Source of the DNA: Deferrisomatales bacterium
GTDB taxonomy: Bacteria; Desulfobacterota; Deferrisomatia; Deferrisomatales; JACRMM01
DNA: 64,000 nucleotides
Direction of reading: 5' to 3'
NCBI GenBank assembly: GCA_033551855.1
Contig: JAWSUI010000003.1
Location: 96,772-160,771, forward strand
Shown here: positions 31,564 through 41,091 of the stretch, one piece after another
Layout: the number at the start of each line of letters is the position of its first letter
Position numbering within the stretch: position 1 is the stretch's first letter
Notes under the pieces: generated by a model
What the model saw: the letters and a program-made list of their open reading frames with translations, nothing else
Databases searched by the model: none
Told to the model about the DNA's origin: nothing
Made by a program: the position numbers and the translations under genes

Positions 31564-32417
31564 TGTCGCCTCCGGAGAGCCATGAAAAAATGCGCCGCCG
31601 CCAATGAAATTACTGCAAGAGGGACGAGAGCGACGACGAGGAAGTAAAGGCCGTTCAAGAGGCGAACGTGCGGCTCTTCGCTTTCTGCGGCCTGATAGTA
31701 CGACACGGGACCGAGCCAGTAGCGCATGGGTGGGAGGAGCACGAAGAGATTCCGGCTAGACCCATCCTGCACAAACACGTTGTCGAAAAGCGGCAGCCAG
31801 TGGGTGTAGTAGCCCGCAAGCCTCGCCGGGTAGGAGACTTCACCATGAAAGATCGGCCGAATGCCCGCTCCGGCATCCCGTCGGAGCGCCTCCTTGATTT
31901 CCTGTGCGCCGAGCAGCAAGCCCTCTCGCTCGAATGAGACGTTGAACGTAGGATCAAGGATCACCCACCGGCCATCCACCTCTACCTCCACCGTCTGGTG
32001 GGTAGCGAAAGGATCGAACAGGTTTCTGACCAGGCTTACGCGGCGAGCCTCGACCCCGTTTCTCCTCAGGACGTGGTAGTACAGGTCCGCCATGCCGCGG
32101 CACAGGAGCCCCCCTCCGGAGCTGGCGTGCTCCCAAAGTCGCTCAAAGTCCCGCGCCTTGAACGGCGCCACCGAGCCGACAGAGTTCATTACGGACTGAA
32201 GCAACGCCGTCGGTTCCTGTCCGGCCAACGGAGATGGGAGCACGTCAGTGGTAGGTTCGCGGTAGGGAGGCCGTACTGAAGCCAGGTCCGGCACTCGAAC
32301 CCAGCGGGACATCGAGATGTGCCTCGCCATGACGCGCCAGACAGTCACGTCGGCGACAGAGAGGGCGAGGAGTCCCGCGACGAAGACTGTTCGCCACCGA
32401 ATTCTCTTCGATCTCAT
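31560..32417 (-). CDS. Transglutaminase-like domain membrane protein (paralog A)
   Basis: Cys-His-Asp triad LLCRGMA / THQTVEV / WVILDPT; hydrophobic helices at both termini. Confidence 0.75.
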   Translation of the reverse strand: MRSKRIRWRTVFVAGLLALSVADVTVWRVMARHISMSRWVRVPDLASVRPPYREPTTDVLPSPLAGQEPTALLQSVMNSVGSVAPFKARDFERLWEHASSGGGLLCRGMADLYYHVLRRNGVEARRVSLVRNLFDPFATHQTVEVEVDGRWVILDPTFNVSFEREGLLLGAQEIKEALRRDAGAGIRPIFHGEVSYPARLAGYYTHWLPLFDNVFVQDGSSRNLFVLLPPMRYWLGPVSYYQAAESEEPHVRLLNGLYFLVVALVPLAVISLAAAHFFMALRRRQ

Positions 32418-34015
32418 CCGCAGCGGTCTTCGAGTTTTTCCAAAATGCGCCTCGTATGTTCCCTCCACGTGTGCCGGTCGACCGCCGCCTCCCGAGCCGC
32501 GGAGCCCAGGCGCTCACGGCGCGCTCGGTCCTCCAGGAGTACCCTAAGTCCCACGGCGAGATCACCCGCGTCTCCGGGCCGCACCAGCCAGCCGGTGCGG
32601 TCGTGCTCCAGCACCTCCCCGATCTGGTCCAGATCGGAAGCCACGATTCCCTTGCCCATGGCCATGTACTCGAAGAGCTTGGTGGGCGAGCCAAAAAAGG
32701 GGGTCCCATCGGGGTTGGGTACGTGGGGCGCGGCCAGAATGTCGCACGCTGCCAGATGAGCGGGCCCCTCTTCCTGCGGAACTAGGCCCGTGAGGACCGC
32801 GCGTTCGGAAACGCCCCACTTCGCAAGCACTTGTCGTGTCTCCGACATCGTGAGCCCATCTCCGATCATGAGCAACCGAACGGACTCTCGGCTTTTCGGC
32901 GACTCATTCAGTAGCCGGCCAAATGCCTCGGCCAGCACCTCGGCACCGTGCCAACGGCCGAAGGTCCCGATGAAACCGATCACGGTCTTTCCGACGAGGC
33001 CGTGCCGCTCCCGCACCGCCGAGCCGTCTACGTCCGGCGAGTAGCGCTCAGGGTCTACGCCGTTTGGGTTCACCAGTATCTTCTCGGCATCGATGCCGCG
33101 GGCGACAAGCTCATCCCTCATCGGCCGGCTGACCACCACCACCACGTCGGCGCCCCGGAGGTTGAGCAGCTCGATGCGCTCGGTAAGCGCCTCATACTTG
33201 AGCCGCCGGCCCCAGTTCCGGGCGATCCACACCTCGGACCCGTTATACTCGAGGACGAATGGAACTGCCCTCACTTTGGCGAACTTCAGACCAATGTAAT
33301 TATTCCTACTGTATCTATGATAGACGAACGAGATCGGTGCTTCGGATAGGGTTCTAGCTGCGGCCGCCCAGGAAGTGCCGTTGTATCCAAACGTACGCAA
33401 CTCTCTGAAATCCCAAAAACTTCTTTCTGGTGGGGCAACCACGATCTCAACAGACTCGACCACGGTAGCAACCGGCCCTGGCGTTAGAAAAATCGGAGGT
33501 GCGCCGAAAACCTCCAGATTGTTAAGCACACCGGCGATATGACCCACGGAACCCCCGGACCGGACCCCCATCCACAGATCGGTTCGGAGATACGTGGGCC
33601 TCCGAGTGAGGTCAACGGAGCGGTTCTCAACCGGCCCTGCCATTACTTCCCCTTCAAGGGTAATAAGGTCATCCCGGACCGCGCGGAGTAAGCGTCCCCT
33701 TGCCAGCCCGTCCCAGAGCATCCGGATCAGGGCGCTTAAGACCGCGCCAGCGGGAAGAGGCGCACATTCCCCGGAATCGTCGGATAGCTCTGTCCTTCCT
33801 CGACCGAGCAGCCAGACCACAAGGGCCACAGGTGCGGGGGGCGGCATCGTCCCAGGGATAATGAGCCGAATCCGAGACGCCCTCAGGGCCTCCCGCCAGA
33901 AGCGTTTACAACGCAAACCCTTACTGAGTTCGGGAAGCGTGATTGCCATAAGCCGTTTCCCAGACCCAACAATCTGTGGAGCCTCGTCTAGCATTTCTTC
34001 ATCGCGCCACTTCAC
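32414..34015 (-). CDS. Glycosyltransferase family 4 with N-terminal extension
   Basis: GGSVGHI, PNGVD, GTFGRWHG, SPTKLFEYMAMG. Confidence 0.88.
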   Translation of the reverse strand: MKWRDEEMLDEAPQIVGSGKRLMAITLPELSKGLRCKRFWREALRASRIRLIIPGTMPPPAPVALVVWLLGRGRTELSDDSGECAPLPAGAVLSALIRMLWDGLARGRLLRAVRDDLITLEGEVMAGPVENRSVDLTRRPTYLRTDLWMGVRSGGSVGHIAGVLNNLEVFGAPPIFLTPGPVATVVESVEIVVAPPERSFWDFRELRTFGYNGTSWAAAARTLSEAPISFVYHRYSRNNYIGLKFAKVRAVPFVLEYNGSEVWIARNWGRRLKYEALTERIELLNLRGADVVVVVSRPMRDELVARGIDAEKILVNPNGVDPERYSPDVDGSAVRERHGLVGKTVIGFIGTFGRWHGAEVLAEAFGRLLNESPKSRESVRLLMIGDGLTMSETRQVLAKWGVSERAVLTGLVPQEEGPAHLAACDILAAPHVPNPDGTPFFGSPTKLFEYMAMGKGIVASDLDQIGEVLEHDRTGWLVRPGDAGDLAVGLRVLLEDRARRERLGSAAREAAVDRHTWREHTRRILEKLEDRCG

Positions 34016-34761
34016 CCCAATCCTTCGTTCCCTCCGTCTCGACCAACCGCGAGGAGGCTTCGGGCCCAGATCGGATTGGTCCGCACTTCGGGTTCCGCCC
34101 AGGTGAGTAGCGTGCCCAACAAGCGACGTGCCAGTCTCCTCCTGAGCCGGCCCAAAGGAGAACGCATTGCTGAGAACACCACGGGCACTACCTCGACTCG
34201 ATCGAATACATTCCTCATGACCTGCGACAGCGATTCTTGAGTGAATCCGACTTCGTGAGTGAAGTCCATGTAACGCTCGTGTGGGGAAAAGAGCCAGTCC
34301 ATGTTCGGCACATCAACCAGAGCCACCCCGCCCTCTCGGAGGGCGCTCCTGAGGGCCTGCAAGAAAGCTAGACAGTGGTCCTTTTCCGTATGCTCCAAGA
34401 TAGCCTTCGCCACAATTACATCGAAATACTTGGGATGAGCCAAAAGGTACTCTCGGGCCTCGCCGCACACCACCTGCGCGCCAGGTGTGCGATCGACTGC
34501 TCGCCCGACATCCTCGGGCGATAGATCTATCCCGTGCAATTCTTGAAATCCCTCTTCGTGGAACGCTCGCAGGAGATACCCGGCGCTGCAGCCCACGTCC
34601 AACACCCGGCTTCGGCCCCTTTCAAACGGGCTGAGGTGCGGTACGTATGCGAACTTAAGGTAAGCCCGAAACCACGAAAGTTTGCCTGCCTCGTCGGCAT
34701 CGAGTTTGTCTAGATGGGTGTAAGCGTAGGTGCGAAAGAGCACTTCTCTCGAACCCATCAC
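34012..34761 (-). CDS. Class I SAM-dependent methyltransferase
   Basis: VLDVGCSAG, GIDLS, ILEH, VPN...DFTH. Confidence 0.88.
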   Translation of the reverse strand: MMGSREVLFRTYAYTHLDKLDADEAGKLSWFRAYLKFAYVPHLSPFERGRSRVLDVGCSAGYLLRAFHEEGFQELHGIDLSPEDVGRAVDRTPGAQVVCGEAREYLLAHPKYFDVIVAKAILEHTEKDHCLAFLQALRSALREGGVALVDVPNMDWLFSPHERYMDFTHEVGFTQESLSQVMRNVFDRVEVVPVVFSAMRSPLGRLRRRLARRLLGTLLTWAEPEVRTNPIWARSLLAVGRDGGNEGLG

Positions 34762-36107
34762 TGCCCCTCCGAGCTCTGCGTCGGACTGTTTGCAAGATTA
34801 CACGCTACGTTCAGGCGCCCTGCCCCGCGACAGGCGTAAATCCCCAGAATCCCCAGAATGAGCCCATATGCCGCACCCGACGCGATAGAGGCCCCAACAA
34901 TTCCGAACTGAGGCAGGAGTTGCCAATTCAAGAGGACATTCAGTGCGGTACCGGCCGCAGGAGCGGCAACGACAATCCACGGCATACCAGCTGCCGCAAG
35001 GTAATTGTTCAGGATAGTGGTGACAGAAAGCAGTAGAATGGCGGGCATCAACCAAATAAAAGGTTCTACCGCCGGCAGGAAGTCGACTCCATACAGAAGT
35101 CTGACGACAGGTTTTACGACCGTGATGGCGAGTAACCCGACTACTGAACTTACAAGTAGTACATACATTGCGGCACGGCGGGTCTGCTGCCATCGTTCAC
35201 AAAGACACGCTGTGGCGACCAACTTTGGAAACAAGATGGTTCCAACAATCACCGGCAAGATGTATATCAACTCAGCCATACTGACCGCTACCGAGTACAG
35301 TCCAGCCTCCGCCTCTCCGAGCATCTGCTTCACCATCAGAAAGTCGATTCTGAGCACCAAGAATGACATGAGGGCCGCGCCGTAGCCTTTCACGCCGTAG
35401 CCAAGCATCGGTCCCACTACGCTAAGATCAACCGCGACAGGGCCGCCGCCCGCCGAAGCCAACCGCCGCAAGGACAGGACAGTGCAGAGAGCGGCCGCGA
35501 CCGGAATCGCCGCGAATACAGCCTCCACTCGCGCCACTCCGACCAGGAACAGGATTACGACGGCGCCGGCCACCACGGCCGTGTTCGCCAGCTCTACCTT
35601 GTTGTACGCGGTGACATCGTGGACCCCGAGGAGTAGGCTTTTCAGGAGTAGATTCGCTAGACCCAGCGGGATGCTTGCCACGCAAAGTGCCAGCAGAGAG
35701 CCTCGGACAGGGAGCAGATCTGGTTGCACCTCGGCTACCACCCACGCCAACACACCCAGGACCAAACCAGCAATGGCACTTACGGCAAGGGAGTTACCGA
35801 TGAGCAATGGGAGCTTGGCCCGGTCTCTTGCCACGTAGTAAGTGTTTGCCGCGTGAAGCCCAAGGTTGGCCAGTTGAATTCCCAGAGCAGAAACCGCCCC
35901 GGCCACTGCATATACCCCGCGCCCAGATACGCCCAAGAGCCGTGCGATCAGGACAGATGCTATAACTCCGACGACTACCGCGACCAATCTGGCGCTTACA
36001 GTCTGGCAGACCTTCCTGGCGAAATCTGTTCGTATAGGGGCGAGGAGAAGGCCGAACACATTCGACCGAGTTGGTTCCAAGGCCGGCACAGCCTTACCAC
36101 CAGTCAC
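34758..36107 (-). CDS. wzx: Wzx-type oligosaccharide flippase
   Basis: About 12 TM segments; ARLLG...G.Y, RIDFLMV, AGLYSVA, GIVGASIA; GTG start overlaps the asnB stop. Confidence 0.85.
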   Translation of the reverse strand: MTGGKAVPALEPTRSNVFGLLLAPIRTDFARKVCQTVSARLVAVVVGVIASVLIARLLGVSGRGVYAVAGAVSALGIQLANLGLHAANTYYVARDRAKLPLLIGNSLAVSAIAGLVLGVLAWVVAEVQPDLLPVRGSLLALCVASIPLGLANLLLKSLLLGVHDVTAYNKVELANTAVVAGAVVILFLVGVARVEAVFAAIPVAAALCTVLSLRRLASAGGGPVAVDLSVVGPMLGYGVKGYGAALMSFLVLRIDFLMVKQMLGEAEAGLYSVAVSMAELIYILPVIVGTILFPKLVATACLCERWQQTRRAAMYVLLVSSVVGLLAITVVKPVVRLLYGVDFLPAVEPFIWLMPAILLLSVTTILNNYLAAAGMPWIVVAAPAAGTALNVLLNWQLLPQFGIVGASIASGAAYGLILGILGIYACRGAGRLNVACNLANSPTQSSEGQ

Positions 36108-37999
36108 TCGATGAACTCCTTCCACCACAGGGCGAGGTTTGCCAGGTACCAGACGTGAGGGCCCTCTGCCCCGGCGACGACCTCCCTTACCCGACGCCGG
36201 TCCAGAAGATCCACCTCGCCGCAGAACTCTTCGAGTTTCTTGCAGCTCCTCTCCCCCAGCCCTTCCTGAAGCCACTCGTGCACCGGCACGCCGAACCCCT
36301 GCTTCTCCCGGTCGATGAGGTCGTCGGGAATCAGTCCGCGAACGGCCTTCTTGAGGACTCGCTTGAGGTCTCCGTTTCGGGTCTTCATCGCGGAGGGGAT
36401 GCCGAGCGCGAGCTCCACAAACTTGTGGTCGAGGAAGGGGACTCGGGCCTCCAGACTCACTCCCATGCTCATCTTGTCCACCCGCATGAGCAGCAGCTCG
36501 GGCAGGCGCAGGTTGAGGTCCAGGTAGCTCATCCAGTGTAGATGTGACTTCTCCCACGCCTTCTCCTCGAAGCGGCGTCGGATTGGTGCTAGAGCTTCCC
36601 AGGACGTGTAGCCGCGGAACTTCTCTCGAAGGCGGGGGGACAAGAGACGCTGCTTCTGGGCCTCGTTGAAGGCCTCCGCTCCACCCCAGAAGACCGGCTG
36701 GCCGCTCGCCCCTCGTCGGAGCCACTCGCAGGGCCAGCGGTCGCCCCTGCCCAGGGCACCAAGACTTGCGACGCCGAGCCCCTTGAGGAACCGGGGCACC
36801 GGCAGGTCGTCAAACTGCTGGAGCTTGAGCGCCCGCTTCCAACTCCGGTAGCCCCAGAAGAGCTCGTCGGCCCCTTCGCCGACCTGGCACACGATGACAC
36901 CGTTGTCCCGGGCGAGCTTCGACACGTAGTACACGGGCACGCACACCGGGTCTGCGATCGGCTCGTCCTGGAGCCACACCATCCGCGGAAGGAAGTCGAT
37001 CAGGTCCTCGGCCGTGAGCAGGAGCTCGTGGTGCTCGGCTCCAACAGCCTCAGCCATTCGGCGCGCGTGGTGAGTCTCGTTGCGGTAGCTCGCGTAGTCG
37101 CCCCGATAGCCGATCGTGAAGGTCCGAACGGGCCGCGTCTCTCCCTCGGTGAACAGGGCCGCGTTGGTGCTCGAGTCGATGCCCCCGGAGAGGAAGACTC
37201 CCACGGGAACGTCGCTCACCTTGCGCAGACGCACCGCGGTGCGCAACTCGGCGAGCACCCGTTCGGCCACCTCGTCCTCGGAAACTTCCTCCATGGGCGC
37301 GACATGGTCCCAGGCGTCCCAGTATCGATGTTCCCGAACGCCGCCAGTTTCGTTCACCCGAAGCCACGTTCCGCCGGGCAGCTTTCGTATCCCAGCGAAG
37401 AGGGTCATGGGAGCCGGCGTGGTGAGGAAAGACAGGTAGTGGAATAGAGCTTCTTCGTCCACCGCGCGCGGTTGGTCCGGGTCCTGCAGAAGGGCCTTGA
37501 TCTCCGAGGCGAACGTAATCCGGCCGTGGTGGATGCTGTAGTAGAGGGGCTTCACGCCGATGCGGTCTCGGACGAGCCAGAGTTCTCGGCTGCGGTCGTC
37601 CCACAGGGCAAAGGCGAACATACCCCGAAACCGCCCCAGGCAATCGATCCCCCATTCCTCGAACGCATGCAGGATTACTTCGGTATCAGAGTGATCCGTG
37701 CTCCAGCGATGGTTTCCGCTTCGCTCCAGGTCGGCACGGATCTCGGCGTGGTTGTAGATTTCTCCGTTGAAGACGAGGTGCAGGCCCCCGTCTTCGTTGG
37801 CCATGGGCTGGTTGGCGGCTTCGGAGAGATCGATGATGGCGAGCCTTCGGTGCCCGAGGCCGATCCGCCCGTTTTGAGAAACCCAACACCCAGCCCCGTC
37901 GGGCCCCCGGTGCGCCATGGTATCGCGCATCCGTACCACGAACTCGTCGGTGACTCGGAATCTCTCCCCGAAGGACAGCGTTCCGCAGATCCCGCACAT
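36104..37999 (-). CDS. asnB: Asparagine synthase-like glutamine amidotransferase (glycan-cluster type)
   Basis: MCGICG Ntn start, HRGPD, HRRLAIID, FNGEIYN, LSGGIDSS, GEGADELF, EARVPFLD, KQGF. Confidence 0.92.
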   Translation of the reverse strand: MCGICGTLSFGERFRVTDEFVVRMRDTMAHRGPDGAGCWVSQNGRIGLGHRRLAIIDLSEAANQPMANEDGGLHLVFNGEIYNHAEIRADLERSGNHRWSTDHSDTEVILHAFEEWGIDCLGRFRGMFAFALWDDRSRELWLVRDRIGVKPLYYSIHHGRITFASEIKALLQDPDQPRAVDEEALFHYLSFLTTPAPMTLFAGIRKLPGGTWLRVNETGGVREHRYWDAWDHVAPMEEVSEDEVAERVLAELRTAVRLRKVSDVPVGVFLSGGIDSSTNAALFTEGETRPVRTFTIGYRGDYASYRNETHHARRMAEAVGAEHHELLLTAEDLIDFLPRMVWLQDEPIADPVCVPVYYVSKLARDNGVIVCQVGEGADELFWGYRSWKRALKLQQFDDLPVPRFLKGLGVASLGALGRGDRWPCEWLRRGASGQPVFWGGAEAFNEAQKQRLLSPRLREKFRGYTSWEALAPIRRRFEEKAWEKSHLHWMSYLDLNLRLPELLLMRVDKMSMGVSLEARVPFLDHKFVELALGIPSAMKTRNGDLKRVLKKAVRGLIPDDLIDREKQGFGVPVHEWLQEGLGERSCKKLEEFCGEVDLLDRRRVREVVAGAEGPHVWYLANLALWWKEFIE

Positions 38000-38012
38000 G
38001 AGATGAACCTGC

Positions 38013-38960
38013 CTACAGCCCGGGCGCTGACGGGTGGTGTCTTAGCCGTCGGGAGGCCGAACGCTTCCGCCACGCCCGGCAAGCCAGTGCCGGAGCCAAA
38101 AACACCAGAACGGAGGGCAACACCTGACATGCCAACCGATACACTGCCACCTGGCTGCGCGCAAACAGAAGCTCTCCATCCCCGAAGAAGTAGCATCTCG
38201 GACCGAGCCACCAGCGCAGGGGGGGGACCAGGAACAGCCGCGAGGAGGAAGACGAGTAGACGTACGCGTTGACGAACAGTGGCTTCCAGTCCAAGGGATA
38301 CTCCTCGAGGGCGGCCGGATAAGCCCTCGTGCCATGGTGATGTGGCACGACCTCCGGACCCCTACTTTTCCGCAGAAACTGTTGTACTTCGGCAACCCCG
38401 AGCGCACGCCCATCTGCCTCGAAAGACACGTGGAATGTCGGATCGAACACTACCCACCGTCCTTCGAGCAATATCTCCACCGTCACGTGCGTGTCCCGGA
38501 AGAAGTCTCCCGAATAGAGTTGCACGGACCGGGCCCTGTATCCGAGGAGAACAAGGGCCTCTCGGAAGATCTCGCTCATGGACCCGCAGGCGAGTGGTGT
38601 TCCCCGGAGGCCCGCTTGCAGCAGGCCGAATCCTCTCTCCTTCCCCCAGTAGGGGCCTACCAGGGAGACCGAGTCGCCAAGCCAATGGGCGAGAGCCACG
38701 ACATCGGGGAGGCCGCCCGGCCGGCCTGGGGTGAAGCCTTCTTCCTGAAGCCGCCTGAGAAACTTCTCTTGGCCTTCCTGTGATTCTCGGGGGCGATAGG
38801 CCGGATCATCGGCCCGAACCAAGTGAGTGATGGGAAGAAGGCGTACCGCGAGCCCGTTCCGCTGAAGGGCACCGAGGAGCAGGGCGTCTGCCAAGGCCAT
38901 GCCGAGGAAGATGCCGAGGACAAGCCCCGGCAGTCTTTCCGTGCGCCCGCTAGGATGCAA
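38013..38960 (-). CDS. Transglutaminase-like domain membrane protein (paralog B)
   Basis: Triad LACGSMS / THVTVEI / WVVFDPT; shares YPA.L..Y...W.PLF.N and PP.R.WLGP with paralog A; terminal TM helices. Confidence 0.75.
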   Translation of the reverse strand: MHPSGRTERLPGLVLGIFLGMALADALLLGALQRNGLAVRLLPITHLVRADDPAYRPRESQEGQEKFLRRLQEEGFTPGRPGGLPDVVALAHWLGDSVSLVGPYWGKERGFGLLQAGLRGTPLACGSMSEIFREALVLLGYRARSVQLYSGDFFRDTHVTVEILLEGRWVVFDPTFHVSFEADGRALGVAEVQQFLRKSRGPEVVPHHHGTRAYPAALEEYPLDWKPLFVNAYVYSSSSSRLFLVPPLRWWLGPRCYFFGDGELLFARSQVAVYRLACQVLPSVLVFLAPALACRAWRKRSASRRLRHHPSAPGL

Positions 38961-41091
38961 TCTGGTCCTCTACCGCCAGCGCGATTTCCGTCGCCTGCAC
39001 CTGCTGCCAGAGGGGGATGGGCCACTGGCCGCCGGAGAGGATGGCATCCGCGAAGGCTTCGAGCTCGGCCCTATGGCCCTTGTCCGGGAGCTTGGTCTCC
39101 GTCCCCCCGACCTTTGCTCCAGCTACCGTGAGCCGGCGGTAGTCGTCCAGGACCAGCACCCTGCCTTCTGTGAAGACTTCCAACTGCTCCTTTGGATGCC
39201 CGCCGGCCCCCATGGCGGTGTAGAGCAAGCTGGCTACAGAGCCGTCGTCGAAAGAGAGCGTAGCGGAGAAGTTGTCCCGCGGGCCGTAGGGCCCCTCGGA
39301 GGGAGCAATGGCCGCGGCCTGCACGGATTGAATTCGGGCGTCCGTCAAGAACGTGAAGAGGTCGTATACGTGGCAGGCTTCCCCGAGGTTTCGGCCTCCG
39401 CCCTCCTCCGTCTGCACCCAATGATCCGGGGGAATGTAGCCCGCGTTCATTCGGTACGAAGCCACGAAGGGGTGCCGGCGGCTCTTCAGGAGCTCCCCCA
39501 TCCGCCGGGCGTATGGTGAGAAGCGGCGATTGAAGCCAGTGAGAAGAAGGGGACCCGTGCCGGCCGAATGGTTGTCGAAGAAGGCGACAAGCGCTCCGAG
39601 TTCCCCCCGACTTAGCGCCAGGGGCTTTTCGACGAGCACGTGCTTTCCGGCCCGAAGTGCCTCCAGAGTCATAGACGCATGGCGGTCGTGGCGAGTCGCT
39701 ATGAGCACCGCGTCCACCTCTGGGTCTTCGAGCACCTGCCGATACTCGGTCGAAGCGTAGTCGGCTCCATGCTGTCGGGCGGCGGCAAGAGCATTGTGGC
39801 CCGTGCGGCTCACCACGGCCCGCAGGTGGTAGCTGTCTCGCATGTGCTGAAGATTGGGCAGATGGGTACCCTTGGCGAACCCCCCCGCTCCCACGACCGC
39901 GATTCGCACCGTTCTTGTGGCGGCTCTCTCGGCCCGCGGGTTCGGTACGCTTCGCCGCAGCGCCTCCCCCTCTCCCCCAGGGTACGACAGGAGAACCATC
40001 AAGGGCCGGTCCGACTTCTGGAGCGTCGCGTAGGCCGCGGGCGCTTCGGCAATCGTGAAGATACCTCCTACCAGCGGCTGCACGGTCAGACGGCCTTCCG
40101 CCAGAAGTTGGAGATACGCTACCATGTTCCGGTTCTCGGTCCACCGGACGTAGGCGACGGGGTAGTCCAGCCCCTTCTCTTCATAGCGCTCGTCGTAGCG
40201 GCCGGGGCCGTAAGAGGTGGAGATGAGGAGGTCGATTTCCTTGCGGTAGAAGTCTGCCCGGCACAGGTTCAGTCCCACGTCCCCCACCACGATTACCCGA
40301 GCCTTCCGGCGGCAGGCATGGAAAGCTGTGGAAACCACGGCGTGGGATGGCGTCGACGCCGTCACGATGGCGCCGTCGGCTCCCAGCCCACCGGTAAGGC
40401 GCATCACTTGGTCCACGGGTTCCCCCGCTAGGTCGTTCAGCGCGCCGTCCATCCCCAGGTCTAGGGCCAGCCGGACGCGGGCCGGGTCCGGGTCGGCTCC
40501 GATCACGCGGCAGCCGTTTGCCTTGAGAAGTTGAGCGGTAAGTTGCCCCAACACCCCGAGACCGAGGACCAAGAAGCACTCGCCGAGAGTCGGATTCGCC
40601 CGCCGCACGCCCTGCAGGGCAATCGCGCCAAGCGTGACCGTGCTCGCATCGGGGAACTCCAGCCCATCCGGCACCCGCACCACCAGATTCCGGGGAACCC
40701 GGATGACCTCCGCATGAAAGGCGCACTGGGCGCCCGCGCAGGCCACCCGGTCTCCGGGTCGGAAATCGCCGCATGCTCCTTCCCCGACCTCGATGACCGT
40801 TCCGGCCGCTGAATACCCCGTTGGGGCTCCGGCTTCCAGTGCGCCCCGCACCAGCTCGCGGGTCCGGGCTACCCCTTGCGAGGCCACCAGAGCCAGCCCC
40901 TTGCGCACCAGCTCGGGATTCCGCAGGGCGCGCCGCCAGAGGGGAACCCGGTCTGCCTGCAAGCCGCTCAACTCGGTTCCCACGGAGATGCAGGAGTGGT
41001 CCACGCGGACCACGACGTTTCCGGGCTCGGCCATTGGGGCGGGTACTTCCTCGACTCTCACTGTGCCCTTGCGGATCAGCACCTGCTTCAT
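38950..41091 (-). CDS. Bi-domain oxidoreductase (MDR/Zn-ADH-like plus Gfo/Idh/MocA)
   Basis: MKQV start, SVGTE, GYSAAG, GLGVLG, SYGPGRYD; second half GAGGFA, VEKP, GFNRRF. Confidence 0.88.
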   Translation of the reverse strand: MKQVLIRKGTVRVEEVPAPMAEPGNVVVRVDHSCISVGTELSGLQADRVPLWRRALRNPELVRKGLALVASQGVARTRELVRGALEAGAPTGYSAAGTVIEVGEGACGDFRPGDRVACAGAQCAFHAEVIRVPRNLVVRVPDGLEFPDASTVTLGAIALQGVRRANPTLGECFLVLGLGVLGQLTAQLLKANGCRVIGADPDPARVRLALDLGMDGALNDLAGEPVDQVMRLTGGLGADGAIVTASTPSHAVVSTAFHACRRKARVIVVGDVGLNLCRADFYRKEIDLLISTSYGPGRYDERYEEKGLDYPVAYVRWTENRNMVAYLQLLAEGRLTVQPLVGGIFTIAEAPAAYATLQKSDRPLMVLLSYPGGEGEALRRSVPNPRAERAATRTVRIAVVGAGGFAKGTHLPNLQHMRDSYHLRAVVSRTGHNALAAARQHGADYASTEYRQVLEDPEVDAVLIATRHDRHASMTLEALRAGKHVLVEKPLALSRGELGALVAFFDNHSAGTGPLLLTGFNRRFSPYARRMGELLKSRRHPFVASYRMNAGYIPPDHWVQTEEGGGRNLGEACHVYDLFTFLTDARIQSVQAAAIAPSEGPYGPRDNFSATLSFDDGSVASLLYTAMGAGGHPKEQLEVFTEGRVLVLDDYRRLTVAGAKVGGTETKLPDKGHRAELEAFADAILSGGQWPIPLWQQVQATEIALAVEDQIAS

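Noticed and set aside
31560..38960. Lasso peptide cluster (transglutaminase-like B protein plus asparagine-synthetase-like C protein)
   Set aside because: AsnB keeps the N-terminal Cys glutaminase domain, the transglutaminase-like proteins are membrane anchored, no precursor or PqqD/RRE gene is visible, and the context is glycan synthesis.
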